DNA from: the human T2T-CHM13v2.0 reference genome, Homo sapiens
Length of the DNA stretch: 64,000 nt
Assembly: GCF_009914755.1 (NCBI RefSeq)
Contig: NC_060942.1
Reading direction: 5' to 3' (one strand)
In this document: positions 13,471 to 26,863 of the stretch, in pieces
Numbering within the stretch: position 1 is the stretch's first letter
Layout of the letters: each line of letters opens with the position of its first letter
Notes under the pieces: model-generated
Told to the model about the DNA's origin: nothing
The model's input: the letters and a program-made list of their open reading frames with translations, nothing else
Database searches by the model: none
Translations under genes and position numbers: made by a program

Positions 13471-15474
13471 CTTCTCACAATAAAGCACAATTTCTAACCT
13501 CAGTAACAGACTAGTGGAGAACATCATTTGGAAAAAGTGGCCCTCAAATCAGACCAAAGTGACAATTGTATAAACTGCCTTATGTGTAAGACTAGCCCTG
13601 GAGAAGAGGGTGTGTACCCATATGTAGGTGTGTATGCATGTAAATACTGCAAATCCATGAGTGCATTGCATATATTAAACTTTATTATTCACTTAATAGA
13701 TAATAATTTGGGGCTGTTTTGTAGCATATTTAAACCCCAACCCCAAAATTTCCTTCACTTTTTCCTAACTTTTTATTGCTTTCACACTGAATGCAGCGTG
13801 TGCAGACCGTTGAGCTACCTAGATTAGTTATCTTCCTGTGTAAATCCCTTAGACTTTGGACTTGGTGTGGGATTTAATCCTGAGAGCCTAGAGCTAAAAT
13901 AGTGAGAAAGAGATAATAAACAATAGTAAATAAAGAAAGAACAAAAATATTTCAATACAAGAAAGCAGCAATTTCTGCTTCTGCATTAACACCATCCGAT
14001 ATTGGAAGCATTACTCTCCTTTAAAGTATTAATCAGCAAGGAGATTTTTAGAACTCAAAATTAATAAGTTTTTTTTTCAACCTGACATAAAGAACAGTCT
14101 CCCCACCCCTATGTTCATTTTGCTGACATTCTGTAACTTGATAGACATTAATAAATAGCCCAAAATGATTAACTCAGAGATTTCCAGAAAACTTGGCAGG
14201 ACTTAAAGTACTGGGTTTTGGATGGGCAAGAAGAATATTAGACCTTCTGGGGTGTTATCCACCCAGTCAGAACATTTTACCGTTCATCCGTCATTACTTA
14301 TTTCCTCATTCCAACATGGCCACTTGCCATGACAGCCTGCCATGAGCAGCCTGACAATCGTTTCCATACACATTGCACCTTTGGCAGGGAGACTGCCATT
14401 TTTGTTTAAGGCACTTATTGGTCTCACATTTGCGACAATTTATCAAATGTCTTGCTGAAATTCTATTTTCTATGAGGGTATATAAAAGACTCATAGCATC
14501 TTTTCTCTATTTGGCGAAAATTAAAAGCTTTGAAATTTGGCCTCTTTCGAGAAGGAAGCTTAAGGCAAATCCATTCCTCATATCTTCTGAAGGGATTGGC
14601 ATCACCCTCAGGGCTGTAGGGATTTCTGATGCCAAGGTTGGCATGCTGAATCGTTATTTTCTGTAATCTATTGCATTAAAATATGTAAAATTCTGACAGT
14701 TGCATTTGGAATTGGGTCGTAGTCTAACAGGCACTAGAGCACTCCTAAGTAAGTCACTCAACTTCCACCCCCACCATCTAATACATCATTGCTGTCAACT
14801 CGTCTTGTACTAAGCATGTCTAAATGCATGAATACAGAGAAGAAAAGCAAGAAAGGAGAGAGGTCTAGGCTAGGCATCATGAGAGTTATGGGACCCTCCA
14901 ATAAAATTAAGATTAACCCATATTAGAGATGGGTTAACTGAGGCTAAGAAAAAGTAAATAATTTACTTAATGACCACAAAACTCGAAAGTGTCATGTTTC
15001 ATATCAGGACTCTCTGGCTTCAAAGACTATCTTATGTCCACCTAGTGATGTGTAGGAAGAGAATATATACATTGTTCAGAGTAAATGTCATGTCAAGAAA
15101 TCTACATTTTTACACAATTGCTTGACATCCAGTTGAAAAAGATTTAAAGACACCCTCCTCTTCACTGCCAATGTATGCTGAAAGAATGCATTCACACACA
15201 CACACACACCACAACAAATATACTAACTACCAGGTTAGTAACAGAGAGAAGCAGCATCGCATAGCCACACTGTATAACTAATGCAACAGAAATTAGCATT
15301 AAAGAGAGTATAACTGAAGAAAAAGTTTTCTGTAAGCATCAATTTATAAAAAATCAGGACACATACTAACAAAAACCTGACAGCCAATCTATTTTCAGAA
15401 CATGGAAAGACATTTTCTTAATTGCAAGGGCACAGCCATGGTAATAAAACTGAAAACAGTACAACTTCTATTCA

Positions 15475-15778
15475 CTGCTATCCAATATAATCCACAAATG
15501 CAAGTCACAAATAAAATTTTAGATTTTGTAGTAGTCACATTAAAAAATTAAAAAGAAACAAGTAAAATTAATTTTAAGAATATGCTTTTATTAGTTTAAT
15601 ATGTCTAAAATACTATAAACCTCAAGACATAATCAATATATAAGTTGAATAAAATATTTTACATTTAAAAATAAATCTAGTCGGTATTTTATACTTTAAA
15701 GACATCTCAATTCAGACTAGGCACATTTCAAGTTCTCAGTAGCCACATTGAGCTACTGGCTACCATTGAAAAGCACAG
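15475..15778. mobile_element. MER33 (hAT-Charlie MITE)
   Basis: ctgctatccaatataa...gtagtcacattaaaaaattaaaaagaaacaagtaaaattaatttt...catctcaattcagactaggcacatttcaagttctcagtagccacattgagctactggctaccattgaaaagcacag. Confidence 0.85.
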
Positions 15779-16419
15779 CTCTTCACTATGTGCCATGAAA
15801 AAGAGATAGATGGGTCAGAATGCTATTTATTTTTTTCCTAATTGGTCCTTGGCTTATGAGTAAAAGATCCAGACTAATTAGAAAACTGGGGAGTGGAAGA
15901 GAAGTAGAAGGGGCTGGGGAGAAGTTTCAAGAATAACTACAGGCAATGGCAATTGGCAACTTAATGGACAGAAATAGTCCATTTACAAGTAAAATGTTGA
16001 CATGGATGGGTGAGTGGGGGAGAGAAAATGAGAAATCTTGGAACCAAGGCTTCTTATAATGTGCAGATTTTCATATACCTAAGAGTATCAGTGAACTAGC
16101 AGCGGAGAAAGTCAAAGAGCCTTGAATGACAACCTGTCTCCAAGAATAACAGAGCAGGAGCTAGGCACATGCACTTGAGGCTGAAGTGTAGATCCCAAAA
16201 GATTTGCCCCCTGCTCAAGTTGATAAAGCCATACCTTTGGTTGACAAGTATTTTGGGTGGCAAAGATTTCTTTCCAGAAAGCAAAACAACAAAACAAAAA
16301 AACTGCACAGAAACAATAATAGCAATAATTTGCACATAAACAGTAATAGCAATAATTTTAGAATAAAAAGAACACTATAAATCAGTAGCAAAATAAAATA
16401 TTTTTTTAAAAAATGGCAT

Positions 16420-17300
16420 TAAGAATGTGAATTAGAAAAACTCTATGTATATCAAAGTGTTAAACTTTTCTTTTTAATAAAACAACAAGCCAGAACAAAA
16501 TATCAATATTTTCCCATGATAGGAAAAATGTTTCTAAACATCAAATTTATGAAAGAAAGCCATTTGGGGGTGTGAGAAATAATCAATATGTTTGTATCAA
16601 AAATAGAACAGCTCTGAAACTCAACAAACATCCTAAACCAAATTAAAAACAAATGATAGGCCGGGCACGGCTCACACCTGTAATCCCAGCACTTTGGGAA
16701 GCCGAAGCAGGTGGATCATGAGGTCAGGAGATCGAAACCATACTGATCAACATGGTGAAATCCCACATCTACTAAAAAATACAAAAAATTAGCCAGGTGT
16801 GGTGTCATGCGCCTGTAGTCCCAGCTACGCAGGAGGCTGAGGCAAGGGAATGGCTTGAACCCAGGAGGCAGAGGTTGCAGTAAGCCAAGATTGTGCCACT
16901 GCATGCTCCAGCCTGGGGGCAGACTAAGACTCTGTCTAAAATAAATAAATAAATAAATAAATAAATAAGAAAATATTTAATATAAATTGTGGTTTTACAA
17001 ACCAATTGTAATTTTTTAAAATGAGTAAAAGACATTTACAGACATTTCACAAAAGAAAAGAATAGAAAAGTAGATGAAGGAAATGAAGGACATAAACAGA
17101 CAATAGCCTAAAAGAATTCAAATAAACTGAAAACTGAATTACAATATTCAGTCTCAGCCATAATAAAATGAAACCTAATGCAAAAGGCACTTTACATGTC
17201 AAATCCATCTAAAAGGTGGTTATCATAGCATTATACACAGTAGCAAAACACAAAAAAATGGAAGCATCCTATGTGCTAAGAGAAAAACTAGTTAAATTAC
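16420..17300 (+). mobile_element. Old L1M ORF2 3' fragments, interrupted by an Alu
   Basis: A-rich L1M-like text (aaatgagtaaaagacatttacagacatttcacaaaagaa; ttatcatagcattatacacagtagcaaaac...ggaagcatcctatgtg). Confidence 0.6.
16659..16967 (+). mobile_element. AluS (Sc-like), full length
   Basis: ggccgggcacggctcacacctgtaatcccagc...ggatcatgaggtcaggagatcgaaaccat..., (AAAT)n tail. Confidence 0.95.
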
Positions 17301-20300
17301 ATTAAAAATACATTCTTTTAGAATATTTACTGATATGCTTTAAATTTGTAGTGACAGAAGAAAATTTAGTCTACAAGTATTTATTTGATTTAATTTGAAT
17401 TTTAAAAATGGAGTATAAACTCATCTACACATATAAATTTATCTTTGTTAAAATATTTGTTTATATTGTAATAAAAAATAAAGATTAGATTTTATTAAGA
17501 ATGCTTATATATGTGGTTCTATAAATAGATTAATTACATGTGTGTATACACACATATACAGAAACTGAGACAAACCTTCGGAAAACACATATATAGGAAA
17601 AAGCTTGAATACATATATTCATTTTTAAATAGTTATAAGTGGAAATAGTTATAAATTGTTATTTTTCTATATTTTATTGTTCTAAATAGTTATATAGTAA
17701 TCTTATTAAAAATTTTGAAAATTCCAAATATTAGTAGGCAATATGTTTAATATGGGACAAGCGAGTGAGATGTCTACCAACAAAGTTTGTGGGGTTTCTA
17801 TTGCTGGAGATATCAAATTAAATAAGTAACTTCTGGTTCAGATGAAAAGAGTTGCTACAGTACAACATCCAGGGACAGAATACATATAGATTGGTTAACT
17901 AAAAGAACCTTGAAAAGTAGGAAGGGATCAATATGAGTAGGAATTATTAGGGTTTGTCTTATGCTGGAAATTAAAGTCGTCCATGTCCTTGAAGAGCTTG
18001 TGAAAAAACAACACACACACACACAGAGAAGAAGGTTAAAGACTTGGGATTGTGGAACATCATTGGTAAAGTCAAAATCATAAAGCAATGCTTGTGTGCA
18101 GAGAGTTTCTTTCATACAGGTGCAGGAAATGTATCCTTTCTACAAGCTCTCCACCTTCCAAAGAGAAATCCAAGCCATGCAGGATTGTTTTTTTGTTTGT
18201 TTTTTCTTGTTTGTTTTGTTTTTTTTTTTAGTCTGGATGTCTTTGTATCTAAGGTTGGGTAGTGGAAGACAAATCGTATCAAACTCTTAGACTTGTAGTT
18301 TAGAGACTCTGGTATCTCTCAATAAATGAATCATCCTCTAGAATAAAACTTCTAAGAATAAAATAAGCAGTAATTTCAGTTTAGTTCATTTAATTCATTC
18401 TTTGCTTGAGTCTTAGCCAAACACACAGATTACTTATTTGGCCAAAGTCTCAGGCTAAATAATTATTATACTTTAATTGACTTCTTCCTGGACAGAGGCT
18501 GAGTTCAAATTATACGATTAATATTTACCTCTCAACTTCTAAGAATGTGTTCTTATTGAAATAGACATTCCAGTCAGTTGTACACAATTTGATTTGACTT
18601 ATCTCAATCTTTATTTTCATATGGCAGGTGTCCATTCCCTCTCTTTCATTTCTATACCACTTGCTTTCCCAATCAATTCTTCCTCTTGGAGCTAGTTTTC
18701 TCTTTGTACCTAGCTCTTTCACTTGCCTCAGGAAATTGTATCTGTCTAGTATTTATCTCCTAAATGTGACCCACAATGCAACCTAAGCAGTCTTCAGCCT
18801 ACATTAGAATAGATAATCCAGGGAAAAAGTCTTCTTCAAGGAAGTATCTCTATGCAGACACATGGCACATTTCCCTTTGGTTTGGGACACAGAAATGCCA
18901 AAATAAAATAACACTTTTATTTCCAGTAAATCCAGAGCCTAAACCTTACTGTTTGCCCATTCCCAGACACGAGTACACTGTATGCTATGCTGTTACAAAA
19001 CCTTTTCCCCTGAAACAATCCTCTTTCAATTAGTTGCTAAGTAGATTTCAGAGGTAGAATCCAAGCAACAACAGGGACGGAGCTGGGCATCCCAACCCTT
19101 GTAACTTGTTGATTCCTCAGGTGAACTTGAATTCTCTTCCTGAAGGTGAAATCTGTCTTCAGAGTCCACTGAGCCTTTTAGTCCCTTGAAAGTTCTTACA
19201 GTGTCTATAAAAATTTCTGCTCTTAACCTTTCTTGTGTTATAAAAAGCACAGCCACGTTCCTCATAACTATTTGATGTCTTATATAAAACCCTTTATAAA
19301 ATAAAAAAAAAATCTCCCCAGATAGTCTCAAAAGAAAAGTTGCCCACCGTTGTCTTAAAACGGCATGCTTATCTAATATCGGCATGAAGACAGAGTCAGT
19401 GCTCTGAATTCTGGACTGCCCATGCTGGCATTGAGGGGCACTGTTAAAACCTGCCAGTTGCTAAAATATCCCTTCTACTCCATGGGGAGATAGTGTCATG
19501 AGTTAAAGCCAGAAAGGGAAAATTTTGGCCGGCATCCAAAAACAGTTGTAGAAAAGAAGGTTCTCTCTCCGACAGCATTCTGACATGCTTTCTTCAGTCT
19601 TGCCATGAAGTTGAAATCTTTCCTCAGGAGAGATGAGTGTATATATAAAGACAGCATGCACGTGGTGGGTTCAGGAATTTCAAACATGGCCCAGTCTGAC
19701 ATAAAGGAAGGAAAGGGAAAAGGGGTGGGGGAGAAATCGCTGAAGTTCCAGAAAGGGCTGTCAAAAAGTAAGCCATTTCAACAGGTTTGTCTTTGAAATA
19801 TTTCTTCTGAGTGATTCTAGTATAATTGGACCCAATCCTTATATGATTTTATATGAAGCTGCTTGTTTGCTTGATTTCTGAAAGTTTGAATTTATCATAT
19901 ACATAATGATATATGTGATATACATGATAAAAGCAATTTTGCATTTATGCAGTAATTAGAACACAACACATTAGTATCCAAAGAGCAGCTAAGATATACA
20001 GTCAAAATTTTAAAAGCACAACTAGAAGGAAGAAATGGGAAGGGATAATAGAAAAATATACAGAAAAATTCCTCCAACCTCAACTGGCAATGCCACTGTC
20101 ACAGAGAAGATGATGGTAGGCCTTTGTTATCATTTGGCTTACAGAGTCTGTGAGGAGGAGGATGGCAGGAGGGTGTGTCTGTGCATGCACATGCCAACAT
20201 ATACAGGCAGAGAGGGCCTGGAGAGCCCCTCAAACAAAATAAAGTTTCAAAAAAGATACATATGCACCTCTTTTCTACACTCAAGGCTATATCTCTAAAG

Positions 20301-20639
20301 AGTAAGCAATAAATACTTGGCAAGTGTCTAAATAATTTCATGAATAACTTTAATGTTAACAGCAGGGAATGAGTATATTAGACCTTGATCAACAGTGTAG
20401 GTTTATTAAAGCTGTCTTAATTTCATGTTTTTTTATGTTTTGAATTTTAAGAAAGGGCAGAGGTTCTAATCCTAAGGACCTTCTGAATAAATGTTAATAA
20501 GTAAGCAGAGAAAGAGGCCATTGTATAATTGCTAAAAACTATTAAGAGTGAACTTCTAAATAAACCTATGTAGCCATCAAAATCCACAATAAAAATATAA
20601 AGTGTCATTTTCTCGATTTGCCTATACAGTACATTTCTA

Positions 20640-20825
20640 ATCTTGTCTTGATTCTGTCACTAGCTAGATGTTGATCTTCTTTATGGAAAACAATTCCTCT
20701 GAATGTCAATTTCCTCATTGGTAAAATAGAAATAATAATACCTGTTTCTTAGAGTTATGTGATTTCAAATGGTACAATGTGTGTATCTTTAGCAGACTAT
20801 AAAATGCTGGACACACGTTGATCAT
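20640..20825 (+). mobile_element. MIR SINE fragment
   Basis: attctgtcactagctagatg...cctctgaatgtcaatttcctcattggtaaaatagaaataataatacctg. Confidence 0.7.
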
Positions 20826-21259
20826 CATGAATAGTAGTAATATCTCTGATCATTTCACTCACAAGATTGAAGAGAAGGGTTATTTCATAGTTTCTTAGAT
20901 TGTAATCAGTTTCTAATGCACTAATTTCATGGTCATAAAATACTAGAGCTGAATGAGATCTTAGACATCATCTCATTCAAACTTCCTCATTTTTAAGGAC
21001 CACAGAGTTTGTGGCGTGCTCAAAGTCAAACATCGACATGCATGGAATACAGATATTTTTAGGATACATATATCTGGAATGCAGGCTATTGTGAGCTTGT
21101 TAAATATTTCCGCTAAGATTCTCTGACTGTTTCTAAAATCTGGCCTTAAAGAAAATTTCTGTAAACTGAATTTTCTGTTTACCATTAGTTCTTATAACAC
21201 AAATTAGAAAAAAATGATCCCATGGGAACAGCGGCCGGAGACATCTTTTAAAGCTATAA

Positions 21260-21812
21260 ATCCAATCCTCTCATACTCTTGCTTAAATCTTTCTATTGAC
21301 CTTCGCTGGTCCTTATTATAAAAACCCCTCACCATCTCTTGCAAGGTTTACATGCTGTAATTCCTACTGGTTTAGACAAATTCATCTCTAATGAAACACC
21401 TTCTTCATGAATTACACTTTGACTCTACCCACCTTTTTCATTTTCCTCCAAAATCTGAGGTTTGGGCTGTGATTTTTCCTTATATCATTGTATGGCAAAG
21501 CTTTTGTCAGCTTAAGTGTCATCTCCTTAAAGAGAAATGTGTGACTGCCTCAGTCTCTTACCTGTTTCTCCCTATTTCACTCATGGTGCTCAGCCCATAA
21601 GGAATGGTCTTGTTTATGGATATTTTGCATGTTTCAGATCAGCCTCAGCCACTGGAACATAAGCTTTATTAGGGCAGCAATTATTCTGTTTCTTATACAC
21701 CATTGAATCCCCAGTATTTAGCTAGACTAGCCAGCACTAACTACATATAATAGGAGGTACTTAATAATTAGTTGTTGAATGAAACAATGAATGGATGAAT
21801 GAATAGATAAAT
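21260..21812 (+). mobile_element. L2 LINE 3' end
   Basis: tcagcttaagtgtcatctcct...ccactggaacataagctttattagggcagc...ttgaatccccagtatttagc...ttgttgaatgaaacaatgaatggatgaatgaat (L2 tail). Confidence 0.8.
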
Positions 21813-22122
21813 GAGTCCGCCACTGTCACTTTTGATATGAAAGAGGCTAAGATGATGATTAGGATTGCTTTCACAGTAGAATGCAATACTGACCTGATCA
21901 AAACACTTTGGCAACCAGGACTGTGTTGGAAGAATTCTGTGAAGAAGGATTGGCACTTGATTGCAAGATGAAAGAACACCAAAGACAAACGTCACTGGAA
22001 TCAGAATTTCACAGGAAACTAGGCCTCAGTATCAGGTAGTCATTAATTGTATGAAAAATAAAAATATTTCAAGCACTATTTTCTATGTAAATAGCATACA
22101 GGAGAGTTAAAAAGAAAAAAAG

Positions 22123-22186
22123 ATACATAAGACACACCCTTTGACATAAATTTCATACATAAGACACACCCTTTGACATAAATTTC
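22123..22186. repeat. Perfect 32-bp tandem duplication (2 copies)
   Basis: atacataagacacaccctttgacataaatttc occurs twice head-to-tail with no mismatches. Confidence 0.97.
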
Positions 22187-23019
22187 AAATTTGTTTTGTG
22201 ATATAAAGTATAAATGTAAAACAAATTGTGTGAGAGTGAGTCAGATGGAACAGCTAATAGTTGCTCTGAATTTGAGAAGTGTTACCAACTTGCACACTGA
22301 TAAGGTTTTATTTTGAAGGAAGGCTATTAAGTCATCTGCATTCATCATTTTGGGAAATAAGGGCTGTTGGGACCTCCTGATACTTATTTTATTCAGATAC
22401 ATAGAAGCAGAAGTGTCCATTTCCCTTTATTTCACCATACACAAATATATCCTACGATTATCCAAAATGACAGTGGAAACCATGTAGGTACAGGACACAG
22501 AGCTTGTTTGTGAAAAAACTGAGACATTGGCAATCTGTGTGTTTTATGGCTCTTACATTACCTTTTGGGGTTTGCTATCTCCTGGTCCATTTGCAAATGA
22601 CAGAAGGACTAAGGTATTCAGATGTGTTTAATTGTAGGTGATCAATTAACAGTGTGAATGAGACCAGAATGATTTCCTAGCTAGAGTATGAGTAAAACTA
22701 AGTCTCCTTACAGCTTTCTTCCACTAGACTGCAGTTGGTTATACTTCACATGTGATAAAGAAATAGTAACAGAGATACAGTAGAGTATAATATTTTAGCC
22801 CTTTCCTCCAATATTATCTTGGCATGTCTATCACAAATGGGGCTGGGTTGCTCTGGAAGCTTCTGTCAGAGATCAAAGCTTCAGGTCCCCGAAACACTAT
22901 ATCCGGCAAAGGACAAGCATCCACAACTGTAGGGTCAGGGCCCAATTCTGCTGGCTTGGGTTCTGATGACCCTTTCACCTTTGCAATTCTGTGTCCTGCC
23001 TGCTAGATCCAGGTAAAAC

Positions 23020-23070
23020 ATAGCTTGGTACAAAAGTGATTGCAGTTTTTGCCATTACACCAACCTAATA
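23020..23070. mobile_element. MADE1 mariner MITE, internally deleted
   Basis: tagcttggtacaaaagtgattgcagtttttgccattac followed directly by accaacctaata. The left half and right tip match MADE1; about 30 bp are missing. Confidence 0.85.
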
Positions 23071-23294
23071 CATAGTCTTCTTTACTTTGGCTCAGTTCTA
23101 TGAACCAGCACTTTTCACAGTATTATGTATCAATGGTGTTCATCAAATATGTGGGTGGTTAGATGAATGAAGGAATGCTTGGATTTATTTGCAACCTGGC
23201 CTATAAATATATATGGTATCTGTCAGATAATTTTTTTCCTAAGCTACAATCCCGCTTTACTTTAGAAATCTGGGGAATAGTTGAAACATAGATA

Positions 23295-23465
23295 TTGGAA
23301 TGACTTGAGGCTTGGGTTTAATGCCTGCTCACCACTGCTAGGTTTGAGATCCTGAACAAGACCATCAATATCCATGAATCTCGGTCTCTCTATTTTTAAA
23401 AAGTAAGATCATACATTTACTTTCTTCTGTTAAGACCAATAAATGAGATACTGTATATAACATAC
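23295..23465 (+). mobile_element. MIR SINE fragment
   Basis: cttgggtttaatgcctgctcaccactgctaggtttgagatcctgaacaag...ctcggtctctctatttttaaaaagtaag...aaatgagatactgtatataa. Confidence 0.65.
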
Positions 23466-24204
23466 ATTACTTTTCTTTTCCTGGCTATTTTGACAGGATT
23501 TTTTTACTCCTTGGTCTTAAAATTGGACTTTTGTTTGTTGGTGGTTGGACTTTATTTTTGTTTTCCCAAATCTAAGATTGTATTAAAGTATCTGATGCTT
23601 TTATCTACACATAATGTTGTGTTGCTATTTTTTTTTTTTTTCTATCACTGACCTCTGCTGGGGGCAGGAAGCCAGGCAAAGCACTGGAGTAGGGGAGTCG
23701 TCTTATCCTGCACCTTAATATATATAAAAACATACTGCCTTTTGGTATAATACGTCATGAATAAATTTGAAAATGAGATTTTATTTAAATTATTTTCTAT
23801 TTTCTGAATTGTAACATTCATTTTGTAAAAAATATTCCCACTCGTCACTGTTTATTGTTCTCTAAAATAAAACTGTAAAATTGGAAAGGTGGTTAAGCTA
23901 TTTATTTTAAAGCTAAGACTCTCTCATCATTCATATCTTTCCCCAATTTCCATCATTCTATGACTCAGGATCTTTCTCCTTATCACTTTAACATGGCACC
24001 CAGGCTTACGGGCCATGAAAAACCTCATCGCGTCCTGGACAAGAGCATCCCTATCTCTTGGCAGCAGAACTGGGTTGGACGGTCCATTATCTGAGAAGAA
24101 GAGGGGAATGAGCACAACATTTAGAAAAGCTACTGTGGCAGACTCCGTGCAAATCAAAGATTTGTGGAAATGATCACATTTCTACCGCTCTCCTTCCCTC
24201 CACG

Positions 24205-24400
24205 GCACATTCTGCTCATTAATTCATTAATCTTTTTACCACCCCTGCAGCGAAGGCAACTATTATTAGCTTGGGTTTTTAGATGGAGAAATAGAACTAA
24301 AGTACAGTGAAGTTCAGCAACTTGCCCAAGATCACAGTGGGAGACATTGTTGGGAGTGGGATCTGAGCCCAGGCATTTTGTCTCCCAAGTGCCTGCTCTA
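24205..24400 (-). mobile_element. MIR SINE
   Basis: ttttagatggagaaatagaactaaagtacagtgaagttcagcaacttgcccaagatcacag...gggatctgagcccaggc. Confidence 0.8.
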
Positions 24401-24924
24401 ACACAGAGAAATCCCCCACCTACCCTGTCCATTAGCATAATGGTTAAGAGAAACTGTCATTTTATTTCCTGGAGTTGCATTCACCTAAGCTGCTGAACTC
24501 TCCTGAACACACATACAGTTGAGTTGTTCTAACATTTACACTGCCAAACGTCTGCATAATTCCTCTCTTTTCCTTGTCTAACTGTCAGCAGCTGCCCTGC
24601 CTGACAGAATGCAGCCACTTGGTCAGGAAAATATAATTTTGAAAAAAAAAAAAAAGTACTGTTACTTTTCAGCCCAGTGCTATGAAAGAAGCATGATATT
24701 GTCACCTAGTGAAACAAATTCTGAAAGGAAAGTCATATCATATTATTTTTACGCACTGGTCCTCTCTGTGCATCCTATCCCGAGGTGCAAATGACATTTT
24801 GGTTTATCACCACGATGCTGATGATGAAAATGATCTGACAGTCAAGATGTTTGGCCTGATCAACTTGTAACCCTTGATTTGATTTCAGGATACCTGTAGA
24901 GATATAGATCAGAGAGTAAACCAC

Positions 24925-25105
24925 TGGGGGCTGAGGGCCTGCTATGTGCCTACCACTGTGCTGGGCTCACTGATTGTCACAAAGCCACAAGGTGGGTGCT
25001 TCTGCTCTAGTTACATAACTGAAGAAATAGAAACCTTGAGAGGTGAGTTAGACCCAGATTGCTCAGCTACCAGCTACAGCCAGGATTTGAACCCACTTCT
25101 ATCTA
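24925..25105 (-). mobile_element. MIR SINE
   Basis: ctgagggcctgctatgtgcctaccactgtgctggg...tgagaggtgagttagacccagattgctcagctacc...gccaggatttgaaccca. Confidence 0.75.
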
Positions 25106-26284
25106 AATCACTCTAAATCATGTTAAATATATATATATATATATGTATTCACATTTTCCTATATATTCATATTTCATATATATTTTCATATATGTATGAA
25201 AATAAGCAATAAGCATGTATCAATGATATTTACTTTTATTTCAGCTGAACTCACCTAATAGAATCTTTACTTCTGAAAGAGAGGGCCCTTGCATTAGAAA
25301 TTATTTGCTGAGCATGAGCAGATGGCTGTGCTGGGTTATTGGGATTTTGTGGATGTGTACACAGTTGATTATCAGGTCAGATTGTAATAACTGTTATTCT
25401 TGAGGTAGAAACGAAATGCACTAAAAGTGAGGTATCCCAGCCTAGACTGCTGAGTAAATGAATCTAGAGGCTGGATATGTGGAGAGGAATTTAGTGTTTG
25501 GGTCTATTAGAATCAAGGTATCCAAGTAGACAAATGTGTATTCATTACCTACCAAGTGCCAAGCAATGTGACAGGTCATCTCTCCATTCAGAAATGTTGA
25601 AACAGCTCAGAAGGAGGAGATGAGTTGTTCAAGTCACTAAGCTAGCTAGTGGCCAAGCTAAGGCTGAGTCCATGTTCTCCTGACTTCTCAGCATAATTGT
25701 CACTGTGTCTCAGGGTTTTGTCCCCTACACCACACCTAAACTTTCTGCACATCTGCCAACCAATTAGAAACCTTTCTCCTTTCTCTATCTTTCCTCTTTG
25801 TTTCTCTGATAAGCATACTGTGAGAGGAAGGATAATTAGTCCTTCCTGGAAAATTGTTTTTAATTTCATATTTAAACTTGGCTGAAAAAGTTACTAAATG
25901 TAGTGATTTTCAGGATATTTATTTGGAAAACACATTCAGAAATATTTATACACCTATTATGCTATTTAGCATGTAGATATGAAACAAGCACCATTGTAAC
26001 TGCAACTCCAGTTAAGAAAATACAGTAAGTCTTTTTCAGCACCTCAAAAGTTCCCATGCCACTCTTTCCTTTCCTGATAAAGGTAACCACTATCCTGACA
26101 TATCAAATAATTCCCCCTATTTTTTCTCACAAACCTAATGTTGAACAGACAACACACCAAAATACTTGTACAATACAATTCTATTCATAAAAGTCAAAAG
26201 ATAAAACTATCTGGCTTAGAAGCATATACAAGGGTGGCAAAACTACAAAGAAAAATAAGAAGTGATTTTTAAAATAATGTAAAT

Positions 26285-26832
26285 CAAAACATGTCCTCTC
26301 TCTGCTACAGTTCATCAGCAACTTTTCTTTACCATAAAATAAAATTCTATTTCGTTACTCTAACCCAGAAATGTGTGTGAAATCTGGTGCTGCCCACTTC
26401 TCTGACTTGACCTCAATGCATGCTCCCTCTCTAGCCTTTGCTTTCCAGAAACAACTTCAGACTGTTCCAAAAACAGAGCAAACTCACTGGGGCCTAGCGC
26501 CTTTCCCAGCCACATTCTGAGGACCTTCACGTTGTTGGTACCTGTCACTCAGTTCTCAGTTTAATGTCTCTTCCTAAGAGGGGTCCTCTCCCTCCACCTC
26601 CCATCTAAATTACCTTCTATTCACCTTCCCATATTTTCATCATAGCATTTATCATTACTTAATATTTTGTGTTTTGGTCTTTACCTATTTTTTGGATTAT
26701 GTCTGTGTGACTCCACTAGAACATAATTTTCATGAGAGAAGGACCACCTCTGTCTTGTCTGATGCTGTTTTTTTTAGCAACAAAAACATTGCCTGACCCG
26801 TAGTAGATGCTGAATAATGCCCGTTGAGTGAA
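26285..26832 (+). mobile_element. L2a LINE 3' end
   Basis: aaatcaaaacatgtcctctctctgct...catagcatttatcattactt...ctccactagaacataattttcatgagagaagg...ttgcctgacccgtagtagatgctgaataatgcccgttgagtgaa. Confidence 0.85.
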
Positions 26833-26863
26833 CAGTCAAAGAATAAATTGTCCCCTGTTTAGA

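Noticed and set aside
16312-16365. Degenerate 27-bp tandem duplication; also an 11-bp duplication at about 28700-28721
   Set aside because: Ordinary slippage products in A-rich sequence
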